A stretch of 63,052 nt of DNA, the filler included, from an uncultured bacterium (GTDB lineage: Bacteria > CAYSBA01), in the NCBI GenBank assembly GCA_964429075.1. It is 7 parts of 7 records of this genome, joined end to end, with 100 filler letters (N's around TTAATTAATTAA, not from the genome) between each part and the next. Parts side by side here need not be neighbours in the genome. Positions count along the whole stretch, not along the records: positions 54,387 to 63,052 come from CAYSBA010000038.1; 6 more parts are not named here. One strand, written 5' to 3'. Position 1 is the stretch's first letter. The number at the start of each line of letters is the position of its first letter. The position numbers were made by a program, and so were the translations under genes. Shown in pieces: positions 61,411 through 63,052 of this stretch. The notes under the pieces are model-generated. The model was given only the letters and a program-made list of their open reading frames with translations, had not been told where the DNA came from and did not search any database.

Positions 61411-61814
61411 TGTTCAACCCACTGGACGGTTAGAAATCTTTTTATCCTGTTGAATCGTTTTTGTCCAATGCCCCTTACTTTAATAAGTTGATCAAGATCT
61501 TTAAAACCCCCAAGAGATTTTCTCAATCTTAATATCCTTTTTGAAAGGGATACTCCTATGCCATCTATCATCAAAAGGTCTATTTGATTTGCAAGATTAA
61601 CATCAATTTTTGCACCAAATAAAAAACGTTTGTGTTGATTTTTAAGGAACATACCAGCATTTTTAAAACAACCACAGATGTAGCCACTTTTGCCAATATA
61701 TTTGATTTTAGGATTATCGCATAACTGTGGAGTTGTTATTTGATCTTTATTGTTGGAGATGACTGTCATTAATGAAAAGATAGTAGCAAAAAGAAGATAA
61801 GATATGGATCTCAT
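61407..61814 (-). CDS. comEA: ComEA-family helix-hairpin-helix DNA-binding protein
   Basis: [28 protein letters not shown]; hydrophobic N-terminus. Confidence 0.82.
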   Translation of the reverse strand: MRSISYLLFATIFSLMTVISNNKDQITTPQLCDNPKIKYIGKSGYICGCFKNAGMFLKNQHKRFLFGAKIDVNLANQIDLLMIDGIGVSLSKRILRLRKSLGGFKDLDQLIKVRGIGQKRFNRIKRFLTVQWVEQ

Positions 61815-63007
61815 AGGTGAAGGCCCTCATCAAGGAGTTTGCCCTCTTTGAATCGCACCGGTGATAGAGGTGATGCATCGATAGTTTCAAATCTTGAGTT
61901 AACAATTAACTCTGATGCAGCAAGGCCAATACCGTAGGATTGCATTGCACCTCTTCCTGTAAAAGAATTAACTTCGAAGATATTATTTGCAGCTGGTGAT
62001 CTACCAAGTATACCACAGATATCTGGAGTAACAGAGTAGAGACCTGCCCAGCCTGTAATAAATCGAGCATATTCAAAGTGTGAGCTTATTTCATATAAAG
62101 ATGGCCAGATGTATTCAATAAAAAAGGAGTCTCTATCACATTGAAAGGTGTATTCCTTTTTTTCCTCAAGGTGGCTGAATCCAGCGAGTATCTTTCCTGC
62201 CTCAGGATGGAAATATACACCTTTTGGGGTTATTACCATCCCATATTTTTCCATATCTATGTCTTTTGCATCAAACAGCACTATCTGTCTTCTTTCAGGA
62301 TGGGCTGGATGGTCATACCATCCATAGAGTTTTGCTACCTCTGGCGACCATGCACCAGCACAGTTTACAAGCATATCAAACCTTATCTTTTTTTCCGTGT
62401 ATGAGGTCTTTATTGATCTTTTTGTTAAAAGTGCCTCAATATCATCACTGAACAAAAGACGATGTTGTCTTATCGTGCATACATTCTTTTCTATACCAAC
62501 AGCATAGCTCCTGCCCAGAAAGATTACCCCCCTTTTTTTGGCCTCATCTCTGTAGAAATTTTTTAGAAGATTGGGATTCATAATCCCTGAGCGTTTTGAA
62601 TAAATGGCACCTATTTTGTCATCAATTTTATCAAGCTCAGGTATTATATGTTTTATCTGGTCATGGTCGAGTCTATCAAGAGGAAGTTTTTTATCTCTGT
62701 AGAGACTGTATCTTTCCCATAATAAATCAAGGTCTTTTTTGTTATATAACCACAGATAACCCTTTTGTCTTAGACCTATCTTATCTCTAATTGTTGTATA
62801 GAAATCTATTGAAATTCTACAAAGATCTATATTAACATCTGTTAGCCAGAGATCCCTGAAGCCTCCTGCATTTCTTTCAGATGAGCTGAATTCACCAGAA
62901 AGATCAGGATCGATAACAACAATACTCTGAACACCTTTTTGTGCAAGATGCCATGCGACAGAGCTTCCAACTATACCTGCACCTATGATCAAAACATCGG
63001 TTTTCAT
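61811..63007 (-). CDS. FAD-dependent oxidoreductase (DAO / sarcosine oxidase beta-like)
   Basis: IIGAGIVG, SSERNAGG, VNCAGAWS, WAGLYSVTPD, FTGRGAMQS. Confidence 0.9.
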   Translation of the reverse strand: MKTDVLIIGAGIVGSSVAWHLAQKGVQSIVVIDPDLSGEFSSSERNAGGFRDLWLTDVNIDLCRISIDFYTTIRDKIGLRQKGYLWLYNKKDLDLLWERYSLYRDKKLPLDRLDHDQIKHIIPELDKIDDKIGAIYSKRSGIMNPNLLKNFYRDEAKKRGVIFLGRSYAVGIEKNVCTIRQHRLLFSDDIEALLTKRSIKTSYTEKKIRFDMLVNCAGAWSPEVAKLYGWYDHPAHPERRQIVLFDAKDIDMEKYGMVITPKGVYFHPEAGKILAGFSHLEEKKEYTFQCDRDSFFIEYIWPSLYEISSHFEYARFITGWAGLYSVTPDICGILGRSPAANNIFEVNSFTGRGAMQSYGIGLAASELIVNSRFETIDASPLSPVRFKEGKLLDEGLHL

Positions 63008-63052
63008 TTAGATTTCTCCATCGAGAAGCATTGAGATAAGTGCCATCCTTGT
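63008..63052 (-). CDS. 3' end of an upstream gene (TRMALISMLLDGEI-stop)
   Basis: Open frame from the window end whose TAA abuts the next ATG. RMAL recalls carbamoyltransferase C-termini, but 14 residues are too few to assign. Confidence 0.4.
   Translation of the reverse strand, partial: TRMALISMLLDGEI

Noticed and set aside
608..62790. Numerous short ORFs nested in or antisense to the long genes in the ORF track
   Set aside because: They lie wholly within well-supported genes and show no recognisable motifs.
1..63052. Genome-wide TGA reassignment (genetic code 4 or 25)
   Set aside because: Conserved genes such as fsa, folE, dxr and mobA end at TGA at their expected lengths, often in ATGA overlaps, and no housekeeping gene here has an internal TGA.

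Overview
This window is not one continuous locus. It is seven roughly 9-kb contigs of a draft or metagenome-assembled bacterial genome, joined by six identical 100-nt artificial linkers (44 N + TTAATTAATTAA + 44 N) and ordered by decreasing length. Neighbourhood arguments therefore hold only within a contig. The DNA is AT-rich but carries Myxococcota/deltaproteobacterial hallmarks: a MYXO-CTERM-type sorting tail, a myxosortase-like CPBP protease, MopE-type and Stig1-type Cys-rich repeat lipoproteins, a split atpIBE locus and a three-PDZ RseP. Housekeeping genes include der, pyc, atpIBE, dxr, rseP, fsa, iscS, folE, thiC, nth, holB, ricT, metG, tatD, mobA, cbpAM and comEA. Most notable are: (1) a complete spt-bcerS-cerR ceramide operon coupled to transaldolase; (2) a short family-A DNA polymerase lacking the 5' nuclease, with an altered motif A (DYSCFEIV); (3) a Cys-rich lipoprotein/beta-propeller gene split by one in-frame TGA at a conserved Gly position; (4) a lipoprotein-signal AmrB-AmrA fusion; (5) a DUF59-YhcC-JAB operon; (6) a CsgG/FlgO-like gene coupled to a >2500-aa lipoprotein; (7) a twice-repeated 75-aa ten-cysteine module. 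I saw no rRNA, tRNA, CRISPR array or mobile element. All family assignments come from motif recognition by eye, not from database searches.
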